From NCBI GenBank assembly GCA_964516805.1, contig CAZEXI010000006.1:1-61905 (forward strand): a stretch of 61,905 nucleotides of DNA. Reading direction: 5' to 3'. Under the pieces are notes generated by a model. The model was not told where the DNA came from. It worked only from the letters and a program-made list of their open reading frames with translations, and did no database searches. The translations under genes and the position numbers were made by a program. Positions 16,751-26,820 of this stretch are shown piece by piece (within the stretch, counting starts at the first letter, position 1; each line of letters opens with the position of its first letter). This DNA comes from an uncultured Thermoplasmata archaeon. GTDB taxonomy: Archaea > Thermoplasmatota > Thermoplasmata > Halarchaeoplasmatales > Halarchaeoplasmataceae.

Positions 16751-17442
16751 TTCTTGTTTTCCTTCAGATAAAAATAAACTGCTAAAATAGACAAGATTAC
16801 CGTAATCGCTCCCAATACATATTGAGGCCAAGTGGACTTAGATTCTTTTACTGATATTGAAGTCTCTCTAAGGATCCCATCAACCCCTAGTTTTGTAATA
16901 TTATAACCTCCTACAATATGCTCATTATTATCAGAATGACTAGCATCATTTAATTCATCATTTGAAAAATATCCTATCGATTTCATAGTGAAATTCTTGC
17001 CATCCATATTAAATGATAATTTAAAACGTATAGAATAAACTCCTTTTCTGGTTTTTTCATCGGAGGTTACTAAGTAAGAATTCGGTATAATTTTCCCAGA
17101 GGTTAGTCCATCTTTTTTAAAAACAACCTTATTAGCCTGGCTTTTTTCGAAGTAAATTGAATTATCAAGATCATCTAGATTCTCATTCTCGTTAAAACTT
17201 CTAAATTCATATATCTCTATCTCTAATTCTATATCCCTAATAGATGAATTATATGGATTATAAAGGTCAAAATCAAGATTTTTTTCATTACCAGGTTTCA
17301 TATCTATATTACTAAAATCAGATATTATTTGATTCACATTCGTAGGTGAAGAAACATCTGTACCTATGATGGTCTCACTTAAGGGCGAGATAAAGATTAA
17401 CAGGATCATTAAAACAACAATAATTCTTCTTTTGCCCATCAA
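16747..17442 (-). CDS. secreted or surface hypothetical protein with C-terminal TM anchor
   Basis: N-terminal signal-like helix, Asn/Asp-rich beta-type body, C-terminal TM followed by KENKN. Confidence 0.5.
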   Translation of the reverse strand: MMGKRRIIVVLMILLIFISPLSETIIGTDVSSPTNVNQIISDFSNIDMKPGNEKNLDFDLYNPYNSSIRDIELEIEIYEFRSFNENENLDDLDNSIYFEKSQANKVVFKKDGLTSGKIIPNSYLVTSDEKTRKGVYSIRFKLSFNMDGKNFTMKSIGYFSNDELNDASHSDNNEHIVGGYNITKLGVDGILRETSISVKESKSTWPQYVLGAITVILSILAVYFYLKENKN

Positions 17443-17507
17443 AATTCCAAGTAATCTATAACTATAAAATACTTATGTGAGGGCTACCAATGCAGTTATG
17501 AAAGCAG

Positions 17508-18506
17508 ATGGAAGATAAAATATATGAAATAATGAGGGTACCGAAGGAAAAGGGTCAAGAGATATTAGAAATGGTAAAAAACGAAGGTATTCTTGATCCA
17601 GAACGAGCAATCCTTAAAGAAAATGATGAACTGATAATACCTGTTACTAAAAATGGAAATGATATCCAAGAAGATGTTAGATTTAGGGAAAAGATGAAGA
17701 CACCTTACGAGAAAATAAAGGATAAAATAGACCTCGATGAAAATCTAAAAAAACTATTACCAGATAGATGGGAAATATTAGGAGATGTTGCCCTGCTAAA
17801 ACTCGATGAAGATTTATATGAATACAAATATAAGATAGGTAAAGTTTATGCCGAGGTTCTTGAAGTAAAAACAGTTCTCCTACAAGGAAGGATAGAGGGT
17901 ATAAAAAGAGAACCAAATGTAGAACTAATTTATGGAAAGGAAACTGAAACTGTTCACATTGAGAACGGGATCAAGTATAAAATGGACACATCTAAATTGA
18001 TGTTTTCAAGCGGAAATATAGATGAAAGAGTCAGGATGGCAAATATTGAAATAAATGACGAAACAATAGTTGATATGTTTGCAGGGATAGGTTATTTTAC
18101 ACTACCTATGGCTTATCATGGTAATCCCCAAAAAATATACTCTCTTGAAATCAATCCTACTTCATACAGATACCTTAACGATAATATAAAGCTGAATAAG
18201 GTTCAAGACACTGTTGAAACTTGGAATGGTGATAATCGAAATTTTGATAAATTTAGTTTTGCGGATAGAATAGTTATGGGATACCTCCATGATACTTGGA
18301 AATATTTACCGAAAGCATTAACCTTCTTGAAAGATTCAGGTAAAATACATTATCATACATTATCTAAGGATAAAAATTATCCTACAAATGTTAAAAACGA
18401 ATTAAAAGAATATATACAAAAAAATTACAAAATTACGACTATTAAAAAAATAAAATCCTACGCACCACATATCTTCCATGTAGTTGCAGATATCGAATTT
18501 CTATAA
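17508..18506 (+). CDS. Trm5/Taw2 (Met-10+) family tRNA methyltransferase
   Basis: SAM-binding VDMFAGIGYFTLPMA and the NP motif region EINPTSYRYLNDNIKLN. Confidence 0.75.
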   Translation: MEDKIYEIMRVPKEKGQEILEMVKNEGILDPERAILKENDELIIPVTKNGNDIQEDVRFREKMKTPYEKIKDKIDLDENLKKLLPDRWEILGDVALLKLDEDLYEYKYKIGKVYAEVLEVKTVLLQGRIEGIKREPNVELIYGKETETVHIENGIKYKMDTSKLMFSSGNIDERVRMANIEINDETIVDMFAGIGYFTLPMAYHGNPQKIYSLEINPTSYRYLNDNIKLNKVQDTVETWNGDNRNFDKFSFADRIVMGYLHDTWKYLPKALTFLKDSGKIHYHTLSKDKNYPTNVKNELKEYIQKNYKITTIKKIKSYAPHIFHVVADIEFL

Positions 18507-18569
18507 GTAATACATAATTTTTACAAAAAATATTTAGATTAGTGTTATTATATGTGAGGTGGTGAAGCA

Positions 18570-19538
18570 ATGTACGAGTGCCCAAAATGTGGTGCGATAT
18601 ACTCTAAACCAGATGAAGGAGGACGATGTCCCAACTGTGGATATCAAGCCCATCAGCCCGAAGAAAGTAAGGGTAGTGAAGAAAATGAACAAAAGCCACA
18701 AGATCAAAGATATCAATATTATAAAAGAGATATCAGTCTATCCGACACATTCTCAAAATCATTTGACATACTTTTAAAAAATATAGGTCCAATAGTAGTT
18801 TACTGGTTGATCCCAATCCTAATCGTGATAGTGGTATCAGTAGTAAGTCTTAATTCTGTGACCACAAATTTTAGTAATTTATCCGGTGAGACAGACCCGA
18901 GTGTTATACTAGACAAAGTTACGAGGGTGATGCTTCTGGTCATACCATTGAGCCTTATGAGCACAATTATACAGGTGCTATTTGCCGGTGGAATTGTAGG
19001 AATGGCTAAGGAAGCATATGAAACTGGGAAAACCAATATACATACTGGATTTTCTATCATATCTAAATACCCATTAGGAATAATCGGTGCAAGTATACTA
19101 CTTTCAATCGTAGTCGGACTTGGACTATTCCTGTGCTTGATCCCAGGAATACTTTTCTGCTACTGGTGGTTGTTCACAATCCCTATACTAGTAATCGAAG
19201 GAAAAAGTATTTCTGACGCTCTGTCCTCGAGTAAAAAATATGCCAAGACAAATGATACTCTTCTGTTTACAATAGTGTTGGTCGTAGTAGTGATCATTCT
19301 ATCGTTAGTTTCTGGAGGAATTGGCAATTTGATCTCTATTGTGCTACCCTCTGACATTCTTTCAGTAAACGCAAATGTGGTTATTAGCCCGATAATACAG
19401 GGTATAATATCAATATTCATCAATAGTTTTGCGGTAATAGTGATAACTGTACATTACCTAAGAGGGAGACCAATGGCTGCAAAAGAATTCAAGTATGAGT
19501 CAGATTCATATAAACCTCCAGCACCTCCGAAACCATAA
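18570..19538 (+). CDS. membrane protein with N-terminal zinc ribbon
   Basis: CPKCG...CPNCG, then about 6 TM helices and a Pro-rich tail. Confidence 0.55.
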   Translation: MYECPKCGAIYSKPDEGGRCPNCGYQAHQPEESKGSEENEQKPQDQRYQYYKRDISLSDTFSKSFDILLKNIGPIVVYWLIPILIVIVVSVVSLNSVTTNFSNLSGETDPSVILDKVTRVMLLVIPLSLMSTIIQVLFAGGIVGMAKEAYETGKTNIHTGFSIISKYPLGIIGASILLSIVVGLGLFLCLIPGILFCYWWLFTIPILVIEGKSISDALSSSKKYAKTNDTLLFTIVLVVVVIILSLVSGGIGNLISIVLPSDILSVNANVVISPIIQGIISIFINSFAVIVITVHYLRGRPMAAKEFKYESDSYKPPAPPKP

Positions 19539-19603
19539 AAAAACTTTTTTCCTCTTTTTTTTGGATAACATATTTGTACTATCTATTTACATTAATATGT
19601 AAT

Positions 19604-20596
19604 ATGAGAGAAGCCAAGTATTGGGAGGTTGAAGGTGACGAAATAAGATGTCATCTGTGCCCACAGGAATGCTTGATTGAGGATCATAAACAAGGTATAT
19701 GTAATGTTAGAAAAAACATAGATGGTAAGCTTTACTCCCTAATTTACGGTAAAGCAGCTTCATTAGCTGTAGATCCGATAGAAAAGAAACCTTTGTATCA
19801 TTTTAATCCTGGAAGTCAGGTATTATCTTACGGAACTATGGGATGCAATCTGAAGTGTAAATTCTGTCAAAATGCATCTCTATCAAATGGAGACCCAGAA
19901 AGCCCTTATCTGAAAGAGTATTCAGTGGAGGAGCTTGCAAATAAAGCAATGGACTATGAAGGTATAGCATGGACCTATAATGAACCTACCATCGCCTATG
20001 AATACAGTTACGATGTTTCAAAAAGAATAAAAGAAACAGGGGGAGGATATGTGGTCTATGTCACAAATGGATACATTAACGATAAACCATTAAAAGATTT
20101 GTCCCCTTATCTTGACGCTATGAATATCGATATCAAAGCATTTAACGAGGATTTCTATAAAAAAATAGTTGGTGGAAGATTACAACCCGTACTAAATACT
20201 GCTATAAAGGCTGTAGAACTTGGGATACATGTAGAAGTGACTTACTTGATCATACCAGGTTATAACGATGATGATGAAGAACTTAGAGAATTTTCAGAAT
20301 GGGTAGTTGATAAATTAGAGGAAGATACTGTTGTACATTTTTCAAGATTTCATCCAGACCATAAAATGAGAGACACTCCCTCTACTCCTGAAAAAACGAT
20401 GAACAAAGCTAGAAAAATAGCGAAAGAAGCTGGTTTAAATTTCATCTATCTGGGAAATCTCCCAGCGGATAACGATACAAGATGCCCAGAATGTGGTACT
20501 ACTATCATATCTAGATCATTTTTCTCTTCAGGAAAAGTAAATTTAAAGAATGGAAAATGTCCAGAATGTGGTAGGGAAATACCTATTATTTATTAG
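19604..20596 (+). CDS. AmmeMemoRadiSam-type radical SAM enzyme with C-terminal double zinc ribbon
   Basis: EAKYWE..IRCHLCPQEC..GICNVR N-terminal cluster, radical SAM CNLKCKFCQN, C-terminal CPECG...CPECG. Start taken at MREAKYW. Confidence 0.8.
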   Translation: MREAKYWEVEGDEIRCHLCPQECLIEDHKQGICNVRKNIDGKLYSLIYGKAASLAVDPIEKKPLYHFNPGSQVLSYGTMGCNLKCKFCQNASLSNGDPESPYLKEYSVEELANKAMDYEGIAWTYNEPTIAYEYSYDVSKRIKETGGGYVVYVTNGYINDKPLKDLSPYLDAMNIDIKAFNEDFYKKIVGGRLQPVLNTAIKAVELGIHVEVTYLIIPGYNDDDEELREFSEWVVDKLEEDTVVHFSRFHPDHKMRDTPSTPEKTMNKARKIAKEAGLNFIYLGNLPADNDTRCPECGTTIISRSFFSSGKVNLKNGKCPECGREIPIIY

Positions 20597-21372
20597 ATTA
20601 CTTCGAACTTTATTCTATATTCTCCATCCCTATTTCTATTCTTACCTTTTATCTTTTCAATTATATTATCTATTTGTTCCTCATCAGCCATTAACAAAAC
20701 ATCTAAACCTTTATCAGCAGCATGGAGAGAAGATTCTAGAGGTGCAAATTTAATATCTGGTTTTATATTCAAAATATTAGCAAGACCGTACTCTTTTTCA
20801 TCCATTACTGCAACCTTATCGTACTCTATTGTTTTCACATTATTCTTTATCTCTCTTATCTTATCTTTAGACTTGTTATCAATCTCTGAACATAACAAAT
20901 ATAATTTTCCAATATTCATCTCAGTAATACCTCTAAGACCGCCGACTAGAACTGGTTCTCCTTCTTTTGCATCTACTAGAGCTGTTCCCATAGAAGAGGA
21001 GTCCTGTTTAGCAGCGTGTAAAAAACCATCCTTCATAAACAATCCAACTTCTTCATCTTTCTTTATATTTTCATCCGCTATGGCAGTACACCTAGAAATA
21101 AATTCTATCCTTTCACTTGCTTCATTCAAGAACGAAGTGATCTCTTGAATAATATCTCGAACATATTCCATACCTTTTGAAGTTGGGTGATATCGATGTC
21201 CTGAGGTATCTATTAAACCTTCATCTTCCATATCTGATAGATAATTAGAAACTCCCTGTTTTGACATGTCTAAAGAATCAGATAGATCAGACAATTTACT
21301 TAGTCTTTCTACTGCTGATAGATAGAGGATTAAAAATTTTGTTAGAGATTTTTTATCACGGAGTATTTTCAT
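20593..21372 (-). CDS. winged-helix regulator with uncharacterised C-terminal domains
   Basis: N-terminal LSDLSDSLDMSKQGVSNYLSDMEDEGLI (wHTH); the remaining ~190 aa are unassigned. Confidence 0.55.
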   Translation of the reverse strand: MKILRDKKSLTKFLILYLSAVERLSKLSDLSDSLDMSKQGVSNYLSDMEDEGLIDTSGHRYHPTSKGMEYVRDIIQEITSFLNEASERIEFISRCTAIADENIKKDEEVGLFMKDGFLHAAKQDSSSMGTALVDAKEGEPVLVGGLRGITEMNIGKLYLLCSEIDNKSKDKIREIKNNVKTIEYDKVAVMDEKEYGLANILNIKPDIKFAPLESSLHAADKGLDVLLMADEEQIDNIIEKIKGKNRNRDGEYRIKFEVI

Positions 21373-21445
21373 CTGTATTCCTAATGTAATTAAAAGATTT
21401 ATATTTTCCTATAGAGATGTTATTAGAGATTTAATAAATTTGAAA

Positions 21446-21482
21446 TAAAAAAGGCAGTTGCCACCACGCAACTGCCTTTTTT
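21446..21482. terminator. perfect 9-bp GC-rich hairpin flanked by A7 and T6 (bidirectional intrinsic-terminator shape)
   Basis: AAAAAAA GGCAGTTGC CACCAC GCAACTGCC TTTTTT. It lies between two divergent gene starts, so its role is unclear. Confidence 0.4.
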
Positions 21483-21522
21483 AACCACTTTAACGTGGAT
21501 TTAGGTTCCCTTCCTAAAAAAC

Positions 21523-21550
21523 CTTACCTTCCATTTGGCTTACCTTCCAT
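21523..21550 (+). promoter_or_regulatory. direct repeat CTTACCTTCCAT x2 (4-nt spacer), candidate operator
   Basis: Exact 12-mers at 21523-21534 and 21539-21550, in the 370-bp divergent region between the wHTH gene and the ABC importer. Confidence 0.35.
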
Positions 21551-21744
21551 ATCGCATTTTTTTGTAATGCAAATTGTGATAGACTTATATTATATAAATT
21601 TTCGGATAATATGTATCGTCATGCAAGTGTACAGGAACTCTGGACATTCTGCTTTAAATAGTAAACTTCTATTTTCTACAAATCAGGTGTTCAAGTAAAA
21701 TTTAAATAATTCAAGTATATTTGATTAACATAAGGTCAGATAAA

Positions 21745-23106
21745 ATGAAAAAAAGATTAATTTGCATACTATCAATCTCAATGATTATGCTATCTATCGG
21801 CACACCTTATATCTCAAACGCCCAGAAAAATGACAGTATAAGTATCACAGATGCAAGAGGAAAAACAATAACGTTCAATTCACCTCCTAAAAGGATAGTC
21901 TCTTTCATGGCTTCTAATACTGAGATTTTATTTCATCTAGGACTTGGGGATAGGGTCGTTGGAGTTGACAAATACAGTAATTATCCTCCCGAAGTGAATG
22001 AAGTACCAAAAGTTGGAGATGCTTACAATGTGGATTATGAAAAGATCGTTTCCCTAAATCCAGACGTTGTTTTAATCACGAAAGCTAACACAAATATGAT
22101 ATCTTCGCTAAAAGAATACGATTTGAAAGTTTTTGTAACCGGTGGAAATACTATTGATGATGTATATACAGATATTGAACTAGTTGGGAAGATGTGTGGA
22201 ATAAACGAGAAAGCAGAACGCATAGTTGATGATTTAAAATCGACGATGAATACGATAACTTCTGATACCAGAGACTTAAAAAAATCAAAACGACCTAATA
22301 CATTCTACATATCAGGGACTTACCAGGGGATATACACCCCTGGGAATGATACTTTCCAGAACACTCTAATCCAGAAAGCAGGGTGTAACAACATAGCGTC
22401 AGATAAAGAAGGATGGACTACTATATCAGAAGAAGAGATCATTGGTGACAATCCTGAGATAATAATAGCTCCAAATTACCTAAAAAATTCGGTGAACGAT
22501 CTCGCTAAGAAAGAATCCTGGCAGTCAATAAAAGCTGTAAAAGAAGATCAGATATTTTTCGTGAACGGAGATATGATGTCAAGACCAGGTCCAAGGATAA
22601 CAGAAGCTCAGCTCAGGCTTGTGAATATTAACAAAGTAATAAAAAATGAAGCTGATCGTCCTGATCTGAAAATAAAAGATATAATAATTGCCCCATCAAA
22701 CCTGATAACAAATGGTACTACTTCAAAATTATCTGTAAAAGTTGAGAACATGGGTCAAATGGATGCAGTCAATGTTAAACTATCTTTCTGGTACAGTTCA
22801 CAAGACTCTCAAAATAAAACACTGATTAACTCAACTATGATAAACGTGATCGAATCTAAATCTACAAAAACAACAGAAAAATTTAGATGGAATTATCCCG
22901 AAACAGGCAATTATACCATAACAGCAGAAGTAGATACGACGAACGATACATATGAAATAAACGAGGAAAACAATGATCTGACTTCTGATGTTATAGTAAA
23001 AGAATCTTCAGAAAAAGATAGCAACATCCCGAGTTTTTCAATATCTTTATGTTTAGGAATAATGTTTTTCATAAGCATAATAAAATTCAAGAAGAATAAA
23101 ACATGA
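21745..23106 (+). CDS. BtuF/FhuD-type (cluster A-2) substrate-binding protein with C-terminal CARDB-like domain and TM anchor
   Basis: Signal peptide MKKRLICILSISMIM. PBP motifs (KRIVSFMASNTEILFHLG, DVVLI, SRPGPRI). Then a PDLKIKDI...VKVENMG...YTITAEVD Ig-like module and the tail IPSFSISLCLGIMFFISIIKFKKNKT. Confidence 0.75.
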   Translation: MKKRLICILSISMIMLSIGTPYISNAQKNDSISITDARGKTITFNSPPKRIVSFMASNTEILFHLGLGDRVVGVDKYSNYPPEVNEVPKVGDAYNVDYEKIVSLNPDVVLITKANTNMISSLKEYDLKVFVTGGNTIDDVYTDIELVGKMCGINEKAERIVDDLKSTMNTITSDTRDLKKSKRPNTFYISGTYQGIYTPGNDTFQNTLIQKAGCNNIASDKEGWTTISEEEIIGDNPEIIIAPNYLKNSVNDLAKKESWQSIKAVKEDQIFFVNGDMMSRPGPRITEAQLRLVNINKVIKNEADRPDLKIKDIIIAPSNLITNGTTSKLSVKVENMGQMDAVNVKLSFWYSSQDSQNKTLINSTMINVIESKSTKTTEKFRWNYPETGNYTITAEVDTTNDTYEINEENNDLTSDVIVKESSEKDSNIPSFSISLCLGIMFFISIIKFKKNKT

Positions 23107-24128
23107 AACAACCACTCAAGGATCATTTCGGTAAGGCCCTCTTAGCCTTCTCATTTTTATTACTATTTGTTTTAGTTCTATCTACATCTTTAGGTTCTGT
23201 TAAAATTCCTTTTATTAAAGTTGTTAAAATCATACTTTCAGAAATACCAATTATAAGAAAATTTTTCTCAAACTTCTCAGGGCCTGACCATACAATAATT
23301 ACTCTTATAAGGCTTCCTAGAATTTTACTAGGAGTTGTTGCCGGGTTAGGACTTGCTGTGTCAGGTAGTTCCATGCAGGGGATTTTTAAGAATCCTATGG
23401 CATCTCCTTTCATACTTGGTGTATCAGCAGGAGGAAGTTTTGGCGCAGCAGTGGGGATCTTTCTAAATGTAAATATATTTATGCTTCCATTTCTCGCTTT
23501 CATCTTCAGCATGGCAACAGCATTCACTGTATTTCTTTTAGGAAGAGTAGGTAATAGAACAGATATCTCAACTTTACTTCTTGCAGGTCTAGCTATGAAC
23601 TTTCTTATGACCGCTTTGACAAGTTATGTTCTTTTCATAAGCGACCCTATGGAAAAGATGGGTATTGTTTCGTGGATGTGGGGTTCTTTGAATGGTACAT
23701 ATTGGGATGAAGTTATGATAGCACTTCCCTTAACTATCATCGGGGTCGTACTGGTTTTCAGCTATTCTAGAGATTTGAACGTTATCCAAACTGGCGAAGA
23801 ATCAGCTAAACAATTGGGAATAAATGTGGAAAGGACAAAGATCGTTCAATTAATAACTTCGAGCTTATTGGCTGCAACCGTAATATCTTTCACAGGGGTT
23901 ATAGGTTTCGTGGGTTTAATAATCCCTCATGCATCAAGATTACTTGTAGGTCCAGATCATAAAAGACTCATACCGATCTCTGGACTACTTGGGAGTATAT
24001 TCCTGGTTTCATGCGACACAATTTCTAGAACAACTGGAGAGATTTGGATAGGGATCCTAACAGGTTTAATTGGAGCTCCTTTCTTCATCTATCTATTGAT
24101 AAAAAATCGAGGTGAAACAGTATGGTGA
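23103..24128 (+). CDS. FecCD/BtuC-family ABC permease
   Basis: RLPRILLGVVAGLGLAVSG, typical 10-TM layout, GAPFFIYLL near the C-terminus. Confidence 0.9.
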   Translation: MKQPLKDHFGKALLAFSFLLLFVLVLSTSLGSVKIPFIKVVKIILSEIPIIRKFFSNFSGPDHTIITLIRLPRILLGVVAGLGLAVSGSSMQGIFKNPMASPFILGVSAGGSFGAAVGIFLNVNIFMLPFLAFIFSMATAFTVFLLGRVGNRTDISTLLLAGLAMNFLMTALTSYVLFISDPMEKMGIVSWMWGSLNGTYWDEVMIALPLTIIGVVLVFSYSRDLNVIQTGEESAKQLGINVERTKIVQLITSSLLAATVISFTGVIGFVGLIIPHASRLLVGPDHKRLIPISGLLGSIFLVSCDTISRTTGEIWIGILTGLIGAPFFIYLLIKNRGETVW

Positions 24129-25360
24129 CGTTAGAGATAAAAAATCTAACAACAGGATACAAGGATAAACCTATATTAAAAAATTTTAATCTTTCTATGG
24201 ATTCACATGATTTTATCGGTGTAATCGGTCCCAATGGGTCAGGAAAGAGCACCCTTATCAGAGCGATTACCCAAATAATAGAGCCCTGGGAAGGGAAGAT
24301 AAAAATTAATGACGAACCTATAAAAAACTATTCTAGAAAAGAGATAGGAAAAGCTGCTGCAGTTGTACCACAAGACACCTTCATAAGCTTCCCTTACTCC
24401 GCTTGGGAAATAGTTCTCATGGGAAGGACACCGTATCTTGGAAGATTCGAAAATCCAGGAGATGATGATAAAAAGATAGCAGAAGATGCAATGAAAGCTA
24501 CTAGCACCTATGAATTCAGAGACAGAAAAGTTAAGGAACTATCAGGAGGAGAACTTCAAAGAGTGATCGTGGCAAGAGCTTTAACCCAAAAACCTGATAT
24601 TCTACTTCTGGATGAAGCAACATCACACCTGGATATTGGTCATAAAATTGAAATGATGGAAGTTATAAAAAATAAAAATGACAATTTAGGAGTTTTGTCA
24701 GTACATCATAACCTAAACCTAGCTGCAAGATACTGTGATAAAATAATATTACTTGATGAAGGAAAAATACATGCTTCAGGATACCCTGAAGAAGTTCTTA
24801 CAAAACCACATTTAAGAGCAGTCTATGGAGTGGAAGCTGAAGTACATGAAAATCCAAAAGATGGAAGTCTTTATGTTACTCCAATTGAAAAGAAATTTAA
24901 ACAAAATAATAATGGCAAAAAGATACACGTAATCTGTGGTGGAGGGAGTATCGGAAAACTTTTCAAAATATTGATAGAAAACGGTTTTGAAGTTACAGCA
25001 GGAGTACTGAATGTGATGGATTCTGATCTAGAAAAAGCAGAATTTTTAGATATCAATGTTGTTACTGAAGCACCGTTTTCCTCAATAAATGATAATAAAT
25101 ACAATGAAAATATACAATATATTTCAGAAGCAGATATCGTGGTTGGGACCAGTTTCCCGATCGGTAAAGGAAATCTAAAGAATCTTAAGGCTATCAAAAA
25201 GGCTTTAGAGATCGGCAAGAAAGTGATACTTATAGAAAAGCAAGGAATAGAATCAAGAGATTATACGGATGGTACGGCTGTAGATATTTACAATGAAATA
25301 AAAGGAAATCGTGATGTTACTATAATAGAACATGAAAAAGATATCTTAAATACCTTATAA
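24122..25360 (+). CDS. ABC ATPase (BtuD/FepC-like) with an extra ~150-aa C-terminal domain
   Basis: Walker A GPNGSGKST, signature LSGGELQR, Walker B ILLLDEATSHLD. The C-terminal KKIHVICGGGSIGKLF... Rossmann-like extension is unassigned. Confidence 0.85.
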   Translation: MVTLEIKNLTTGYKDKPILKNFNLSMDSHDFIGVIGPNGSGKSTLIRAITQIIEPWEGKIKINDEPIKNYSRKEIGKAAAVVPQDTFISFPYSAWEIVLMGRTPYLGRFENPGDDDKKIAEDAMKATSTYEFRDRKVKELSGGELQRVIVARALTQKPDILLLDEATSHLDIGHKIEMMEVIKNKNDNLGVLSVHHNLNLAARYCDKIILLDEGKIHASGYPEEVLTKPHLRAVYGVEAEVHENPKDGSLYVTPIEKKFKQNNNGKKIHVICGGGSIGKLFKILIENGFEVTAGVLNVMDSDLEKAEFLDINVVTEAPFSSINDNKYNENIQYISEADIVVGTSFPIGKGNLKNLKAIKKALEIGKKVILIEKQGIESRDYTDGTAVDIYNEIKGNRDVTIIEHEKDILNTL

Positions 25361-25470
25361 AATACGTATTTTAGGGCAAAAGATAAATAAGCCCCTTTTT
25401 GATGACTTACTTGCATACATTATTATGATGTATGCAAAAATAAAGTAAGTAAATAGAGGTGTTAAAGTAT

Positions 25471-25770
25471 ATGAATAAAGGAGTCGGAGTTTCTCCCCCA
25501 GTAGAAGAGGGAGAAAGATACGAAGTCGAAATTGAAGATATAGGGAAGGAAGGAGACGGAGTAGCTAAGGTAGAAAACTTCGTTGTTTTTGTTCCTGACA
25601 CAGAAGTTGGGGACCAAGTAGAAATAGAGATCACAAGAGTACTAAGAACTCTTGCTTTTGGTGAAGTAGTCGGTGAAGCAGACATTGAAGAATCTGAAGA
25701 AGAGATTGAAGAAGTTGAAGAATCTGAAGAAGTTGAAGAAATTTCAGTTGATGAGATCGAATTAGAATAG
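25471..25770 (+). CDS. TRAM-domain protein with poly-acidic tail
   Basis: GERYEVEIEDIGKEGDGVAKVENFVVFVPDTEVGDQVEIEI. AGAGGTG SD 9 nt before the ATG at 25471. The tail is EESEEEIEEVEESEEVEE. Confidence 0.8.
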   Translation: MNKGVGVSPPVEEGERYEVEIEDIGKEGDGVAKVENFVVFVPDTEVGDQVEIEITRVLRTLAFGEVVGEADIEESEEEIEEVEESEEVEEISVDEIELE

Positions 25771-25857
25771 GTTTTTCCCTTAAAACCTACTCATTTCATC
25801 ACTATTGAAATATAATATCTCAAAAACCTTTTTATCTTTTCTATTGATTTATTTTTC

Positions 25858-26775
25858 ATGAAATGTTTTGTTGGTATATTCGGACATACTGCGATAGATG
25901 TTATCCTAGAAGTCCCTTCACTTCCAGAGCCTAATACGTCCATTGGGTTGAACAAGAAGACTATCAGATACGGAGGAACTGGAGCTAACATAGCTAGAAA
26001 TTCTGCTGAGTTAGGTATACCAGTTTCTTTAGCATCATTTGTTGGAGACGATTTTCCCGAGGATTACAAAAGGGCATTGAAGGATTCAAATGTACAGATC
26101 TACGACTTAGATGATATCAAAGGACAAAATACTACCAAAGTTTGGATAATCACTGATGACGAAGAAAATCAAATGGCTGTTGTAGACCAGGGAGCTATGC
26201 AACATTCCTACAAATTTGATCTTCAAAAAGAAACGATAAAAAATTCTGAAATAATACACATAGGAACCGGTAGACCAGAATACTATGAAAAAGTAATAGA
26301 TTATGCACAAAAATTAAACAAAAAAATATATTTTGATCCCGCCCAGGAATTAAAATACGTTTATGATTCTGATAATCTGATTTCGATAATTAAAAAATGT
26401 GAATTGTTTTTCTGTAATGAAACAGAACTATCTTTGACTCTTGAATATTTAGATTTAAAAGAACCAGAGGATCTTTTATCTTATGTAGAGAGTTTTATAG
26501 TTACTAAGGGAAACAAAGGTAGTACACTGTACCATTATGATGATATAATTAATATACCTGCCTATAAACCAACAGAAATTAAAGAACCGACTGGTGCTGG
26601 AGACGCTTACAGAGCTGGGTTCTATGCTGGTTTATACAGAGGTTATGATATAGTGGAATCATGTAAGCTCGCCTCTGCCAGAGCTAGTTTTGCTTTAGAA
26701 TCCGCTGGACCACAGGAAAATTTGATAGATTGGAAAACGCTTTTGAAAAGGTATGAATCTAAAGATACGATGTAA
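25858..26775 (+). CDS. PfkB-family carbohydrate/nucleoside kinase
   Basis: GGTGANIA N-terminal motif and TGAGDAYRAGF C-terminal motif. Confidence 0.8.
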   Translation: MKCFVGIFGHTAIDVILEVPSLPEPNTSIGLNKKTIRYGGTGANIARNSAELGIPVSLASFVGDDFPEDYKRALKDSNVQIYDLDDIKGQNTTKVWIITDDEENQMAVVDQGAMQHSYKFDLQKETIKNSEIIHIGTGRPEYYEKVIDYAQKLNKKIYFDPAQELKYVYDSDNLISIIKKCELFFCNETELSLTLEYLDLKEPEDLLSYVESFIVTKGNKGSTLYHYDDIINIPAYKPTEIKEPTGAGDAYRAGFYAGLYRGYDIVESCKLASARASFALESAGPQENLIDWKTLLKRYESKDTM

Positions 26776-26820
26776 TAATTAAAATATTAAAAACATATTC
26801 TGTTAAATATAGGTGAATCC

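Noticed and set aside
21495-21698. Track ORF 21495..21698(+) as a 67-aa protein
   Set aside because: GTG start without an SD, a hydrophobic low-complexity sequence, and a location in a divergent promoter region containing repeats. It is most likely non-coding.
21483-21744. Cobalamin riboswitch upstream of the BtuFCD-like operon
   Set aside because: I could not find a B12-box-like core (GCCACUG context) or the expected multi-stem GC-rich aptamer. The region is AT-rich apart from one hairpin.
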